Shown: piece after piece, positions 12,341 to 25,783 of the stretch
Layout of the letters: every line of letters starts with the position of its first letter
How positions within the stretch are numbered: position 1 is the first letter of the stretch
Assembly (NCBI GenBank): GCA_003693705.1
Contig: RBZT01000286.1
Span: 1 to 64,000, forward strand
DNA length: 64,000 bases
Direction: 5' to 3'
From: Polymyxa betae A26-41
Taxonomy: Eukaryota > Protista > Endomyxa: Phytomyxea
Translations under genes and position numbers: made by a program
The notes under the pieces: generated by a model
The model's database searches: none
What the model was told of the DNA's origin: nothing
What the model saw: the letters and a program-made list of their open reading frames with translations, nothing else

Positions 12341-15300
12341 TTAGAACGAGTTGGAAGAGCACGAAGTATTGAACACTTGACTCAAGTGAAGAGGTTTTTG
12401 ATCCAGATATTGTGATAGCCAGTCAATTAGCTTCACACTACTCCCGATATCTGCAATTCCAGTAACTTTGAACAAAAGATCCAGGTTTACGACACCGGAA
12501 GCAGGTTGACTTCCCAGAAACCCTGCATAATCAGTTCCAGCTGCACGAGCTGTTGACAGTGCATTGTTGTGCAGTAATTTCAAAATCGGGCAAATTACTA
12601 CAGACAATGAGAACTGTCTCGTTCCGGATTCTCCAGTTCCACGTCCAGAAACAGCTCCAAATTGAGCATATAATTGTGTCATACTTATTCCTGCATCTTG
12701 CAGAAAGTCGGCAATCGCTTCGGATTCACTCAATACAGATAGAAAAAAATCGGACAGTTCCTTGGAGTGCACCGAATTAAATCTAGCAATAGCGAGCTTC
12801 CCCGATAACGATTGCTGTTTAGAAAGCTCAAGGAGTACCCGTTCCGTTGACCTGTGTTTGTCTTTAACTAATATGAAAACTCGTAAAGATCATTACCAGA
12901 AAGTTGAGTCTGGAACAGCAGATTTGAGCACCAGCGGCACTGAAGTGGATTGATTTGTAACACCCCAAGATTTGAATGCTTGTTGTCGCCATTCATCCAT
13001 TGCAGATCCTATCAGTTTAGAGACTTGAATCCCTTCTATTGTGGAATTGCCGAAATTTTCACTACTATCGAATAATCAGTGTCTGTTTGAAGCCCTTGAA
13101 TGAACGAACCTGCTGAAATCAAATGCGTTATCAGTGACCAAGGTAATGTCTGCATCAGGGTACAGCTGCGAAATCGCCTGCGTATGAAAGGCGGCACCGA
13201 TTGCTCCATTTTGCCAGCCCGTTATTACGACCTGTATCTAAGATTAAAAAACTATCACATGCACGTGGCAAGTAAACCTTCTTGGGCGTTAGATGTGCAT
13301 TGTTTAGCCATTGCAAAACTCGATCAAAATTTGCAGAGCCCCAATGGTAAATTTCCATGCCGGCATCATAGAACGCTATCTGCTTGCCCAGAAACGGATC
13401 CGCTGTGCTATTATAGGACATAAATTGCACATAAAATAATCATCCACAACACCAACCATAACGGGACGTACAAACTTGTCCAGTGATAAAATGGGTTGTC
13501 CAAGGAAGTGCTGAAAACACCAGATATCGTCTTATGCTTGAGAGGATCTGTTATCTGTGTAGTAATAGAGTCGTTATAGGTTCCCGTGCCGAGAGTCGTC
13601 GAACACGTTAGCAAATTCCAACATATCCCACCGCCTTGAAAATTGATGATCAAGTTGCTGTCAGAGCCAGGTCCTGGATTCACAAAAAATGAGAAGGGGT
13701 CTCCCCGAGAGCATTTTGCCACGTTGGTTTTGGATTGGAGCTGAGTGAGTGCTCAGTGTTATCGGAAAATGCTTACAATCGGAAGGTTACCTGCGACCAA
13801 ACAAAATTCGGGAGGGCCGAAAGTGATACGTCATCTGGATAAATTGTCAAATCGGCAACCGTATTATTGCCTTCATGTTGCTTCTTATAAGCAGCTGCTG
13901 CAATAATGATAATGAGCAGTGCGAAGAGGAACCCGTATTTAATGCTGTGTCTTTTGCAGTGACTTTTTCCTCTGTCAGCTCCCCGAAGCAGCGGTTGTTC
14001 AGGATCAGAAACTTCTTGCTCGCCTACTCTGTCGTCATGTTCGCCTAGCCCACCAATTTGCAAAAACACCTGTTAGAGAATGCCATTTAATACCGAAATC
14101 ATAACTGCTGGAAAAGTTTACACATTACTTCTTCTAAAGTCGATAAACTCAATTGGATGTCTTCAATGCCCAATTCTTTTCGTTTGTTCGTAAGAATAGT
14201 GAACAAAGAAGGGAGCTGATCCGAGCTGCTCCTGGGGACGTTGAATTTCTGGCCGCCTTCTTCAACGGAGAGCAAAGTTACTCCTTTCAAGGAATCAATC
14301 ATAAAGCGACCGATTTATATTGAGAACCTTTCAGAAGGTGTTCGAATAGCTCCTTAGTTTTGACATGGAACTTCTGATGCGAACGAATGGTGATTCGATA
14401 CCCCGACCCCTTTGAACCCGATTAAACGTGTCGCAGATCACGGTAAGAACAGTTTACAAATTTTTGCTTCAGACGAATCGAGTTGCCAATGCAAGCAAAT
14501 CGACCGGAGTGCATAATACCTCAAAAACCATTACAGCAAATAGGGCACAAACTGGAGCAGAACTGACCAACTCTGTCACCAAGGACATCAGCTTCCTCCA
14601 TACTATGTGTCTGTGGCAAGCTTATCAAGAGATAGTGTAGAAGTGCAATGGAAAAGCCTACTGTCAGAATTGTGATTCGGTCGTGTTTTACTCGCTCGAT
14701 TAAGTTCCAAACTTTTCGGCGTGAAACAGGGTCCATACCTGAACCAAGCCAAATTATAGACATTCAAGTAATAGATGAGGTTGCTACCTGTAGTCGGTTC
14801 ATCAAGATAAACAATTTCAGGATTGCCAATCAGCGCAATAGCAACTGACAGGCGGCGTTGCATTCCACCGCTGAAATTCCCTGAAGGATCGAAAGTCAAA
14901 AGGCAATGCAAAAATTCTCTTGAAAAAAAGACCTGCGAGATTATCGGCATCATCAAGCAAATCGACATCTTTTAAGCGATCCACAATCTCTTGATCAACC
15001 AGTTCTGCTTCAACTTGCTTAAGACTAGCAAACAGCTGTAAGTGTTCGCGGGCTGTCATCTGTTCCCACAGAATGTCATATTGAGGACAGACCCCTAATT
15101 ACTGACATCATGACACAAATCCACAAAATAACCGATCTACCCATAGATTTTTGAACCGAAGACAATGACGTTCTGATTGACTTTCCTACATTTCATGTTA
15201 GGAATTAAGCAACTCATAGACAGTTAGTCTAACCTTTAACGAAAGCATCCCCATCTGTGGGTCGAGTTAGCCCCGTTAATGCTGAATAACATTAATTAGC

Positions 15301-17521
15301 GGTCTGGAATCCGGCTTTAGGACGTTACCGTTGATAGTTGTGGTTTTTCCTGCCCCACTAAAAAACATCCCAAAGTAAGACATTAATAATGACAATCATA
15401 ATGTCCACCTACTTATGGCCGAGCAGACAGAAAAGTGTTTTCGGCTGAATTGAAAGAAAGACACCGCGAACGGCGTGGAAATCTTTCGAGGGATCGCGGC
15501 GAAAACCGACTGAACTTATTCAGCAATGCATCGACAAAGTCATAAAATAAACAACTGACATTTGTATCCATAAAATGTTTTCTGAAGATTAACCATTCTA
15601 AATGGTGCAGTATTGTTGGGCTCCATTGCTTCCTTCATTTCCTGGCGAACATCTTCGTCGATGTCCTGATACTGATGAGAGTTGAGGTCGACTTCGGACA
15701 CGATGGGAGGTTTTGCAAGTGAAGGGAACCAGTATGATGGCAACAAGAAAAAGTAAGGTGGCTGGCACACCCCGTTATCGTCAGGAATGACCTTCAAACC
15801 TTGGGGTTCGCTTACTGCAATTGGCCAGTTTAAAACAATCTTACTTGATCCAAATAAATTGACAGCAGAAGATAAGTTGTCGCATCAATAAGAAGCCAAT
15901 AATACGACGACGTCATTGGGAAAAATGAATCATTGTCGCCACGTTGTGACCACCTCATTCCTGGAGAATCCTGTGTATTTGAGGTGCTTGAAAGATCCCC
16001 CATCCCTAAGTGGAGGTCAATTTCGCAGATGCCAAGAGTTTATCTAAAATACCCTTAGCAAGGAGAGCAAATGGTAGAAATGAGAATGGAATCCGATAAT
16101 ATTCAGCAGTAGTTTCTGTAAATACAAGAGAAGCGAATCCCTGAATGATAGAGCCCACAAGAAAGACTCCAAATCCCAAAACTATTGAAGACTTAGTAAT
16201 CATTACACTCCTAAGAAATGCATACCAGTGGCGGTCCTTGATCTGGATACAAAGGCAGCTAACAGAAGAACCAAAGGTGTCATTGAAAGGCCGAAGAGGA
16301 AAAACAGGACGAAGTACAGACTAAAGTCGTTTTTCATGAAGAATTTCATCTGGAAAGCGAGTCCCGCAAAACAGAGTGAGAACGTTGATATGATGTTGTA
16401 TCCGAGGACGATTATAAAACCAGCAGTTAGATAGACTGAATCTCGTAGACCCATCTGCTTCATCGATGACCGCAACTTCAATTCTTTTTCAGACACCTGC
16501 AAACAGGGCGCATTTTAGAATTAGCAAAGTGAAAATATAAATTGCCATACAAGCCTGCCGAGCTGAATAACAAAATTAAACATCAGCGCCCCAAAGAAGA
16601 AAGACGGCCCATACTGAGCAGCCACTGAATCAGCTTAGTAAGGCTTTTATAACAGGAACACAGGCCAGACCATCAAGTGGAAGCGTTTCCGGATGAGTGA
16701 AACTAATAAAGTCGTAATCTACTGATATCTGTCTATCTGATATCAGCGTGGTCACTAACAGAAATCAGAGTACCATATTGAGGATACGGATTCCCGCTTA
16801 CTGATTCCTTTGTCTGCTGCTTTCTGCATCGGCAGCAAAACATTATAAACAGGATCGTAATTCTTGCCTCTAAATGTGGTCGTCGTCATGTTATATTGGA
16901 CGGCATATCGAGCGCCGACCACATTCGATCCGTCTTTAACGAGGAAGAAATTGTATGCCGCTTGCGTAGTATTTGGATGATCAAATAAATACCGATCCAA
17001 ATCGGCACTTGTGTCGAACCCCTTTATCTGCATATCCAGAAATATGAGCTTTGATATGACAGAGTCACAAGACTGACGTCAGAATCTGTAAGATCGTTTT
17101 GTGAAGTGATGGTTCGCATGATATCTTGAATGACAGGCTCGGCTTGTGGTGCATACGCGATCGTGATGCAATCCGTTGCTGATGTAGATCGTCCAACAAA
17201 ACACTTCGGGATTTTAGCGATGGGAGTGACCGAACTAGTTCGAACTAAGTAGAGCGATTTCAGTTCATTATAACCCAGTACCTATACCATTTTCTTACCT
17301 GGACGAACAACATCAGAGAGTCGTTCATTATGCTCGAAAGCAACCTGTAAAACATACAGAAACAGGACAAAAATCACAGGAACAAGGATAGAGATGATCG
17401 TCGATCGATAATTCCGCCTCTGCATCAAATTGAGTTGATATTACAGCCTAACACCTTTCCCAACCGCAATGATCAGATCCTTTCTCAGAATGATGGCCAG
17501 CTGCTGAAACCAAAACCCCAT
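12341..17521 (-). CDS. ABCA-family half transporter fused C-terminally to a TM-anchored pectin acetylesterase/Notum-like domain
   Basis: ABCA part: [30 protein letters not shown], Walker [42 protein letters not shown]|VFL. It continues in frame through a TM helix to [27 protein letters not shown]. The confidence refers to the single-gene model; each domain identity alone is about 0.9. Confidence 0.75.
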
Positions 17522-17965
17522 CCTGGTCCAGGACGAGTAGGGAAATGGGACCAAAAGGCAGGCCGGGACACAGCAGCCATCAACGGACTGAGAAACGATG
17601 CAGAGTGGCTGCACCGCATCTAGATGATTTTGGGCTGATGGGGTCATAGGGAGATGGGGTGGCAAATGGCTACTTGTTATGCTGCTGGATCATAGGTTCG
17701 ATTATTGGGCATGACATCTGGGGTTCGGACCCTTATCCAATTTCTCAGAACAGCAGTAACAATCAGGTTAGGATACTCGCCCTGTTCTAATTCGTGTACT
17801 TTTGACAAATGCGATGGTATGTATTGGCATAAAAGCAAGGTCGGAGTATCAAAAGAGCCGGTTTTATCGAGCTCGATGCCGCTGAAAACCTAGTACGAAG
17901 TCTTGAGCGACACATGGCACAGTAATGTGGCACATCCAAGAAGATCAATACTGAGTGAAGGGATC

Positions 17966-18568
17966 ATGGATATAGATAGCGGTGTTCGTACCGAAATTAG
18001 AAGTTACGATTCTATTCGTAGGGAACACGAGTGGTTCTGCTTGAATTTGCTCAGTACTGTACTCGATTTCCAGTCGATGACAATATCACCATTGCGATTA
18101 CCGCAATCACATCCAGCTGGTGATGGCATGCGTTTTGAGTCCGAACTGGAAGTGCAGGAGCCGAAAGCTGAGAGCGTTTCAATGCGATAGGTGCCAAGGT
18201 GCCTGAATAAACAGCGCTGATGAGGTACTGCATAGTTCGGATTGAATCAATCTGAGAAACGAATTGGACGATGGAGGAAAACTGTTTGGCGTTATAGAAA
18301 TATTAAATGAATGACGCTGGTTTAATCGGAAAATCTGGGTTGTGAGAGCGCCAAGACATCTGAAAAATGCCTGCAGCAATTGAGCAATTTTAGGAATATC
18401 AGTGATCTCAACATACAAAAGATCGTAACTTCAGCGACCTACACTATTAAAGAAATTGAAAAGTTTGCCCAGATAGGTCTATGCATCTCTACCATGAGGA
18501 TAATCTTGGCGAAAATGTTTCGCGGCGAGACCTCGGAATGTGTAGGTTTGGCACGATTTATTCTATAA
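17966..18568 (+). CDS. possible small hypothetical gene; exon structure unresolved
   Basis: ORFs 17903..18190 and 18380..18568 fill the gap between ABCA and CSN2; AATAAA follows the second stop; no recognisable motif. Confidence 0.25.
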
Positions 18569-18590
18569 TAAATAGACAAAAAATACTCAA

Positions 18591-20512
18591 TTAAAATGAA
18601 ACAGTTAACGATGAGACGACAATGCTATAGATGGCATCGATTTTCTCGGCCCATTCAGCAATAGCGTCGTATTTCGTATCATTCGACGTTTGCTGTAGAT
18701 TCAAAATCCCTCCGATTTGGTCAATTCGACCTTGAATTTGATCATCCAAGATTAATTTAACAACCAAATCTTCGACCTAGCGAATACAGAAAGTAAGAAT
18801 TTGATTGCCTTTCATTGCAAGTGATACCTCGCTCGCACAAATGTTCAACATTCTACCCAGATCCTTAATATATACACGCCTATAAGGCTTGATGAAATGC
18901 AGCAACGACTTTCCGCGAATTTCTTGTAGCAAAGGTCCGACATTCTTGTTCATGAAAGGATCCGTTAATAACGTCGTCTGACTATTCTTCAAAACCGCCA
19001 AAAAGTTCTGAATATCGCTGGTATCATACGCCTCCCGAAGTGTCACTAATCACAGTAAAACCCCTGAGCGAAGTATAAATGCCAAGAATCCATACTGAGA
19101 GTTTCGATATCCGGATCGGATTGATAGGCTTTCGCTTCAGTAGCATCGAACGGATTCATGGCTTTCGACGACATCATTGCTGCCAACACAACATACTTCA
19201 AACACTGTTTAGCTCGATCATTGCCGATCTGTTGGAATTGCAGAAACGCATCCCAGAATTCTGTTTACAGCAGTTCATATTCAAAACTTCAGCAGAGCAC
19301 AGTGATCTGACCTGTATAAGCTTGGTCCCAGAGACCTTCTGATGCATAAGATTTCCCCCAGCATTCCTATATATGAAAATCGGGAAATAATTTTGGTACA
19401 CAAAAACTAGCCAGACCTGAATGACAGACATTGAACGAGGGTCGCGGATCTCTGCTGATAAGTCTTTAGTTTTGGAGAATAATTCCTTCAGTTTAACGCT
19501 GTCGTTTTGTGCCTCGAGAAGCTGCACTTTCAAGGCATAGACTTCCAGCAGCTCAGAGCCTTTCGAGCGGTCATCACTTCCATCAGACAGCTGACAAATG
19601 GAGTGCAGATCTTTCAGCAAGGCCTCGGCCTGGGCCAGGTCGTTACGGGCCAACAAGCATCGGCAAAGCTTCGATGCCACAGAGAAGTACAGCCTCTGCA
19701 AATCCGATCAGAAGTTGGATACAAAGTTTATAGATGCAGCTACAATCAATATACAGATACAACTACACAAATACATTGTTAAAAAAAGTACATGCAATAT
19801 TAAGTCTATAAAATATATATACAAGAAGTCGAAAAGAACATTCAAGACTTAATTGATACGAAGGAATTAATATACAAAAAGCCCATTGAATTTTTTCAAA
19901 GGCAACAGCTGAAAAAAACAGAGCTTGCTAGGTGCATGAAAACGTTTACAATAAAACTTGAAGCCAAAGAATCTTACATCCTGATTACCGAGATTCTTGA
20001 GATGGTCCAATGTCAGATTGTAGACTTTCATTATTATGCCCATATCGTTTGATTCCGAAACAGCATTCAGAATCGAGTTGATAGCCTGCGACCGGTCATT
20101 GGAGGTGACTTGGGCATCATTCACAATCGACATCAGCTCGCCAAATCGGCTGATCATCGGCTCGAATCGGCCCAAACTGAAGTTCAGCGAAACGATATGC
20201 TCCAGGGCCTTGAACCGTTTTGAAAACGTGCTGCCGCTTTGCTTTTCCAATTCGATGCAGCGCTCGAATTGCTCCAAAGCGACAGCTAAAGAAAGTCAAG
20301 AATAATTGGGTTTTTAACGAAATAATATTACTCGGATTCTTTCGTCGATTGTCTTCGGCTTCATAGAATAGGTTCTCAACCTGGACAAAAACGTCGCCAT
20401 CACCAGCATCCTGGTCTTCGACGTTTTCGGCGTCCTCGAAATCTCCCCAGTCGCCGTCGTCTCCATCAAAGTCGTCATTGCCGGATCCCCAATCAGCCTC
20501 TTCGTCAGACAT
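18591..20512 (-). CDS. CSN2: COP9 signalosome subunit 2 (multi-exon)
   Basis: Acidic N-terminus; VENLFYEA; FKALEHIV; DGSDDRSKGSELLEVYALKVQ; IKPYRRV; LILDDQIQGRIDQ (PCI domain). Confidence 0.92.
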
Positions 20513-20965
20513 GCTTCGAAGTTTTAATGAGCTGCGAACGGAGCTCTATGGGCAAATCGGAGATAATAGGCGCATCATTCGATCCTTTAATAACATTCCG
20601 ATCATTGCTAACAGTAATTTAACTTAATCACCATTTGACGAGATTCAGTTGACAATCGAACCAGACAGAAATGGGATACATCAGTAAACAGTAATCATGC
20701 ATATGTATATATCTTTCCACAATCTTTTGTCATAATTCATAATGGGAAATTCGTCAATGGACTGTGTCGCAGGCCATGAGAAAGCTTCGAATCAACGCCA
20801 AACCCATACTGCACCATTCCGGTTCAAAAATCGTAGATGATTTCCACTGTGAGCAAATTTCGAAAGAAATGGAAGTTAACAAAGACATAAATTCCGTTTC
20901 CGGCTCTCCGGAGGCTTTCACAGTTCACTGTTTAATCAATTTGATCGAGGTCTGCTCATTCGAAA

Positions 20966-22751
20966 ATGGAGTCGTTGCGATTTGATTCGGATGCATTCTT
21001 GGGCCTGCTGCGAGTTTTAATCGGCCATGCCGAGAGTCTGCAGAACAGCCCTCCCGATTTGATTCCTCGAGTGCGTTTGTTTCCTTGCTTGTACCGATTA
21101 GCTTTCAAGTGTTTCTTTTGCCAAAAGCGCATCGCTTCTCTTAATTCGTCATGTTTATAGGAAGATCTAGCTGCAGATGCGGTTATCAGCTTTTTGGCTC
21201 CCTATACAAAGCCAAATGGACCAATCGAAGCTAGAAAATGCACCTACCATGAAGTACTCCACCCTTCAATGCTCATTATCAGCAACTGAGAACCCTATAG
21301 AATCGCTCTAATCTTATTCTGAAATACAGCCCTCCTGGGGCAACCAAGATCATTTCTTTTGTCGGATCTCACTTGGTATATTGCAAGCTTTTTTAACCTT
21401 ATTATCGCTCTGCTTTGCTTTAGAATGTTTGGCTCTATTGACTTATCGTGCCGCTTAACAGGATGTTGTTCCAGCGAATCCTGAAGAATGGACGGTTCCA
21501 CCATTTGAATTGACCCAAGAAGGTCTTATAGGTTCCTATTGCGTATTTGTGGTCTCACTTTGCCATTAGGCGATAAGCTGTACGGTCGTGGTGTCACTGA
21601 TTGTTTGGGCCATGTAGCTGTTATCGCCGAGTTCTTCCGCCAGCTTGCCATCCATCAGCCGAAGCTCGACACAACCATTGTGTCGGTGTTCATTGCCAGC
21701 GAAGAGAATTCTTCAGTTGCTGGCGTCGGTGTTGATGTCTTGGCGCAGAAAGGTAAAAGACGTCCTCGACGCTCTGATATTCAGTAACCGTCTCGAAAGG
21801 CGAATTGGAACCACTAAAAAGCGGCCCGGTATTCTGGATCGATTCTGCAAACTTTGGTCCCACGCTAGGAACAGCTGGTGTTATTGCCTGGCAAATGGAT
21901 CTGACAGGAAAGCTGTTCCATTCTGGTTTGCCTCATAAAGCCATTAACTGCATCGAATTCGCATCGGCCGTTGTTCAGCACGTCCAGAAACGAGTATGAT
22001 TTGTTTGGTGCTCTGACTTCTATTTGGCATTATAAGATCGGCTGGTTCTGATTATTGTGTGCAGTTCCATGATGATTTCGCCGCTGGAAAGGATGAGGAG
22101 CGCTATCGCTTCATTACTGGCTGCTCTTTAAAACCGACTCAGATATCAGTTCCGAAGGGCGGCCTGAACCAGGTCAGCTTTGAAAATTCGGGAACTTTCT
22201 TTTAACAAGGTGTAGATTCCTGGTGAATGTTGTGTTAAAGGCGATATCCGAATGTAAGCTATCCCAATAACTCTGAGCTCATTGTTTTTCAGCACCTACT
22301 TTTCAGAACGCCTTTCCACAATCCTCGACACGTGATGGCTCGAGTTGAGCAATATCTTAACGAACTCGATCTGTCCAAACTACCCGCGTACGGCTATGGG
22401 CGCTATGAACTGCCTGATGAGGGAATTCGCGGCATGGTTAAGTTGAAATGGTTGGGAGAACCCTGGGAGGGAATCGCTTGTAATTTAGACTCTCATGGGC
22501 ATGCTGCGCTTTGTGCGGCCATAAAGGATGTTCGAGGGCAGACAAATGAGTTCTCGTTGACAGGCTCGCTACCTTTGGTTGGTGATCTGCAGAAAGCAGG
22601 GTTCGATGTGCAGATTACCGGGTTCGGTCGAATGGAGGCATACCATGCCAAAGACGAATTTGGCTACCTCAGTGAATTTGGTCAAGGTTTCGAAGTCCTT
22701 TCCCGCCTTGTTAAAAATTTCCATGTGAACAGATCATTCTTGAATTTATGA
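20966..22751 (+). CDS. argE: acetylornithine deacetylase-like M20A peptidase (multi-exon)
   Basis: LQNSPPDLIPRE; GDKLYGRGVTDCLGHVA; FIASEEN; GKLFHSGLPHKAIN; GSLPLVGDLQ..GFG..AYHAKDE. Confidence 0.9.
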
Positions 22752-22874
22752 TAAATGTCAACTTGTATTTAACGATGGTTCCGTTTACTCCAGAGCCATA
22801 AATAAGCATCGTAAATTGCACATTATGTTAATAACTGGGGAATATATTAGCAATAAATATTAATTATAATGAGT

Positions 22875-25635
22875 CTAAGAGCCGCACGACAAGCATTCGT
22901 CACGGTTTGTTAAAGAGCAAACCATCGCGCTTCGGTTATTTGCGGTCTCTTGAGCAGCTGCCAACGCTTTCTGATCAAGAGTAAACTTAATAGCATCGAC
23001 AGCGGCTTTCGATCTCAAGTAGTACAATCCAGTCTTCAACCCACAACTCCAGGCGTAGAAGTGCATCGATGTAAGCTTGCCGAAATTGATATCAGTCATA
23101 TGAACATTGAAGGATTGAGACTGGTCGATAAAGGCTCCTCGATCCGCCGCCATATCAATCAGAGCCTTCTGCTTAATTTCCCAGACAGTTCGATACAGGA
23201 GCTTGAGATCATCTGGAATTCGATCTATATGCTGAACGGACCCATTCATGGCCATCAGCTGCTGACGCATGTCTTCATCCCAAAGGCCACGATCAATGAG
23301 ATCATTGAGCAGATGCTTGTTGATAACAGTGAACTCTCCAGCAAGCACACGACGGACATAAATGTTGCTTGTGTAAGGTTCAAAACACTAAAAAGTCATC
23401 AGACCCCTAAAACATTGGATTTCGAAAAGTTGAAATCACCTCATTATTGCCCAAGATCTGGCTTGTTGACGCAGTAGGCATGGGCGCAACCAATAGGGAA
23501 TTTCTCATTCCATATTTGGCGATATCGTCCTTCAATGATTTCCAATCCCATCGATCAGAGGGAGTGACATCCCACATATCAAACTGCAAGAGGCCTTGAG
23601 AGGCAGGGCATCCATCCCACGTCTCATAGGGGCCATTTTTGACAGCAAGATCCTTTGACGCCGTACATGATGCAAAATAGATCGTTTCAAAAATGGCTTT
23701 GTTCAGATCACGAGCTCCTTCCGAGTCAAAAGGCAGCCGCATCAGGATGAAAGCATCGGCGAGACCTTGAACACCAATTCCGATGGGTCGATGACGAAGA
23801 TTCGAACGGCGAGCCTCAGGGACAGGATAGGAATTTAAGTCAATTACCTAGGCAACTCAATAACAATCAAAAAGACAGTAACAAATGTTTTACCTTATTT
23901 AGATTCAAGGTCACAGTATAGGTCACATCATACAATCTAGTGAAGTCGAACTGACGATCAGGAGTAACAAATTTGGAGAGAGCGATGGACGCCAGATTGC
24001 AAACTGCAGTTTCCTCGTCTGACGAATACTCCACAATTTCCGTACAAAGATTGCTGCTTTTGATAGTACCTAGGTTCTGCTGGTTCGATTTACGGTTACA
24101 TGCATCTTTGTACATCTACCAGGAAATCAGATCTCAGACATTCTGCATCAAGAAAGTTTGCTCACCATATAAGGTGTACCAGTTTCAACTTGCGCTTGAA
24201 GGATGGCGAACCAGAGGTCTTGGGCTTTGACGGTTTTTCGAGCTCGACCTTCTTTCTCGTACTTTTCGTAAAGTTCCTCGAAGGCCTTTCCCCAAACGTC
24301 AGCCAGTCCAGGGGCCTCGTTGGGGCAGAACAACGACCACATCCCGTCGTTCTGAACTCTTCGCATGAATAAATCAGGTACCCAGAGACCATAGAACAGA
24401 TCACGGGCACGATCTTCTTCTTTTCCGTGATTCTGTAAGAGCGATATAAGCCAACAAAAAATTGCTTGGATGAGAACCAACCTTTTTTAAATCCAGAAAT
24501 CCAAAGATGTCTGAATGCCAAGGTTCCAGGTAAACAGCAAATGCGCCTTTACGCTTGCCGCCGCCCTGGTCGACATAACGTGCTGTGTCACTGAATACTC
24601 TCAGCATGGGAATAATTCCTGCCAGTATTTCAGAATCTAAAGTTGTTTTGACTATGTTTTCAAGGCTACCGTTGGACGTTCCATTGGTGCCTCGAATGTA
24701 TGAACCAGTAGCGCGAACGTTATGGATATGAACGCCAATCCCTCCAGCAGACTTCGAGATAATAGCGCATTCACGAAGTGTATCGTAGATACCCTCAATC
24801 GAGTCATTTTTCAAAGCCACCAAGAAACACGATGACATTTGTGGGTTTGGTGTTCCTTTCCCAAGAGTCAGTTTAATTTCGCTAAGAGAATACATGTGAA
24901 CGTACCAGCGTTGAACATGGTTGGCGACGCATGAGTAAACCATTTCTCAGACATGAGGTTATATGTATGAATAGCTGATAAGTACATTAGTATCCAACAA
25001 CAGTCATTAAAGCTGCAAATAAGCAATACCTGCATCAATGTCGTCCTTATGAATACCGACAGCAACACGCATGAGCATATGTTGGGGACGTTCCACAGTT
25101 TTGCCGTCAATTTTGAGAAGATAGGAGCGCTCCAGCGTCTTGAACCCGAAGTAGTCGAACTCGAAATCCCGGTCGTAGATGATGGAAGAATCGAGTCGGG
25201 CACCGTTCTTCTCAATAATCTCCCAAACATCATCGGCTATCAGAGACGACGGCAATTTAGTTTTCGGGTTAACCCAATTGTAGAGTTTCTGAGCTACAAT
25301 TAGTGACGAAGAAACTTAAAGGATCGCGTTTTGGTTACCCGGCAGGTTTCGACAAAGGATTTCGTTGTTTCTTTATGAAGATTTGAAACAGAAATGCGCG
25401 AAGCCAAGAGAGCATAATCTGGATGTTGGGTAGACATATAGGCAGCTGTCTGTGCAGCCAGCTCATCAAGCTCGGCTGTGGTGACGCCCGGGTAGACGCC
25501 CAGCACGACCTTCTGAGCGACCTTGACCGGCTCGACATAGGCCTCGTTCAGCCCATAGCAGAGCTTCTTGATGCGTGACGTGATTTTGTCAAAATGGACC
25601 TTCTCGTGCCTTCCATCGCGTTTGACGACATACAT
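22875..25635 (-). CDS. RRM1: ribonucleoside-diphosphate reductase large subunit (multi-exon)
   Basis: ATP cone [16 protein letters not shown]; [11 protein letters not shown]; SSNLCTEI; VCNLAS; [14 protein letters not shown]; [10 protein letters not shown]; C-terminal CLSCGS. Confidence 0.98.
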
Positions 25636-25767
25636 GATGAGAGTGTCAAGGGGAAATGAAGTATGAGGTTCGTGGCTGGTAGAGGTCGATGGGGGCGAGG
25701 ACTGCTTGCCAGTCCAGCCTGAACCCCGCGTCGCACTCATGACACTACCCGTGCCCTGATCGGATCT

Positions 25768-25783
25768 GTTTTGGCGCCAAAAC
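25768..25783. promoter_or_regulatory. palindromic E2F-type site upstream of RNR large subunit
   Basis: GTTTTGGCGCCAAAAC is a perfect 16-bp palindrome with TTTGGCGC on both strands, about 135 bp upstream of the RRM1 ATG. Confidence 0.65.

Noticed and set aside
10916-22751. Two M20A peptidases as a metabolic cluster or tandem duplication
   Set aside because: They belong to distinct ancient subfamilies and are separated by unrelated genes.
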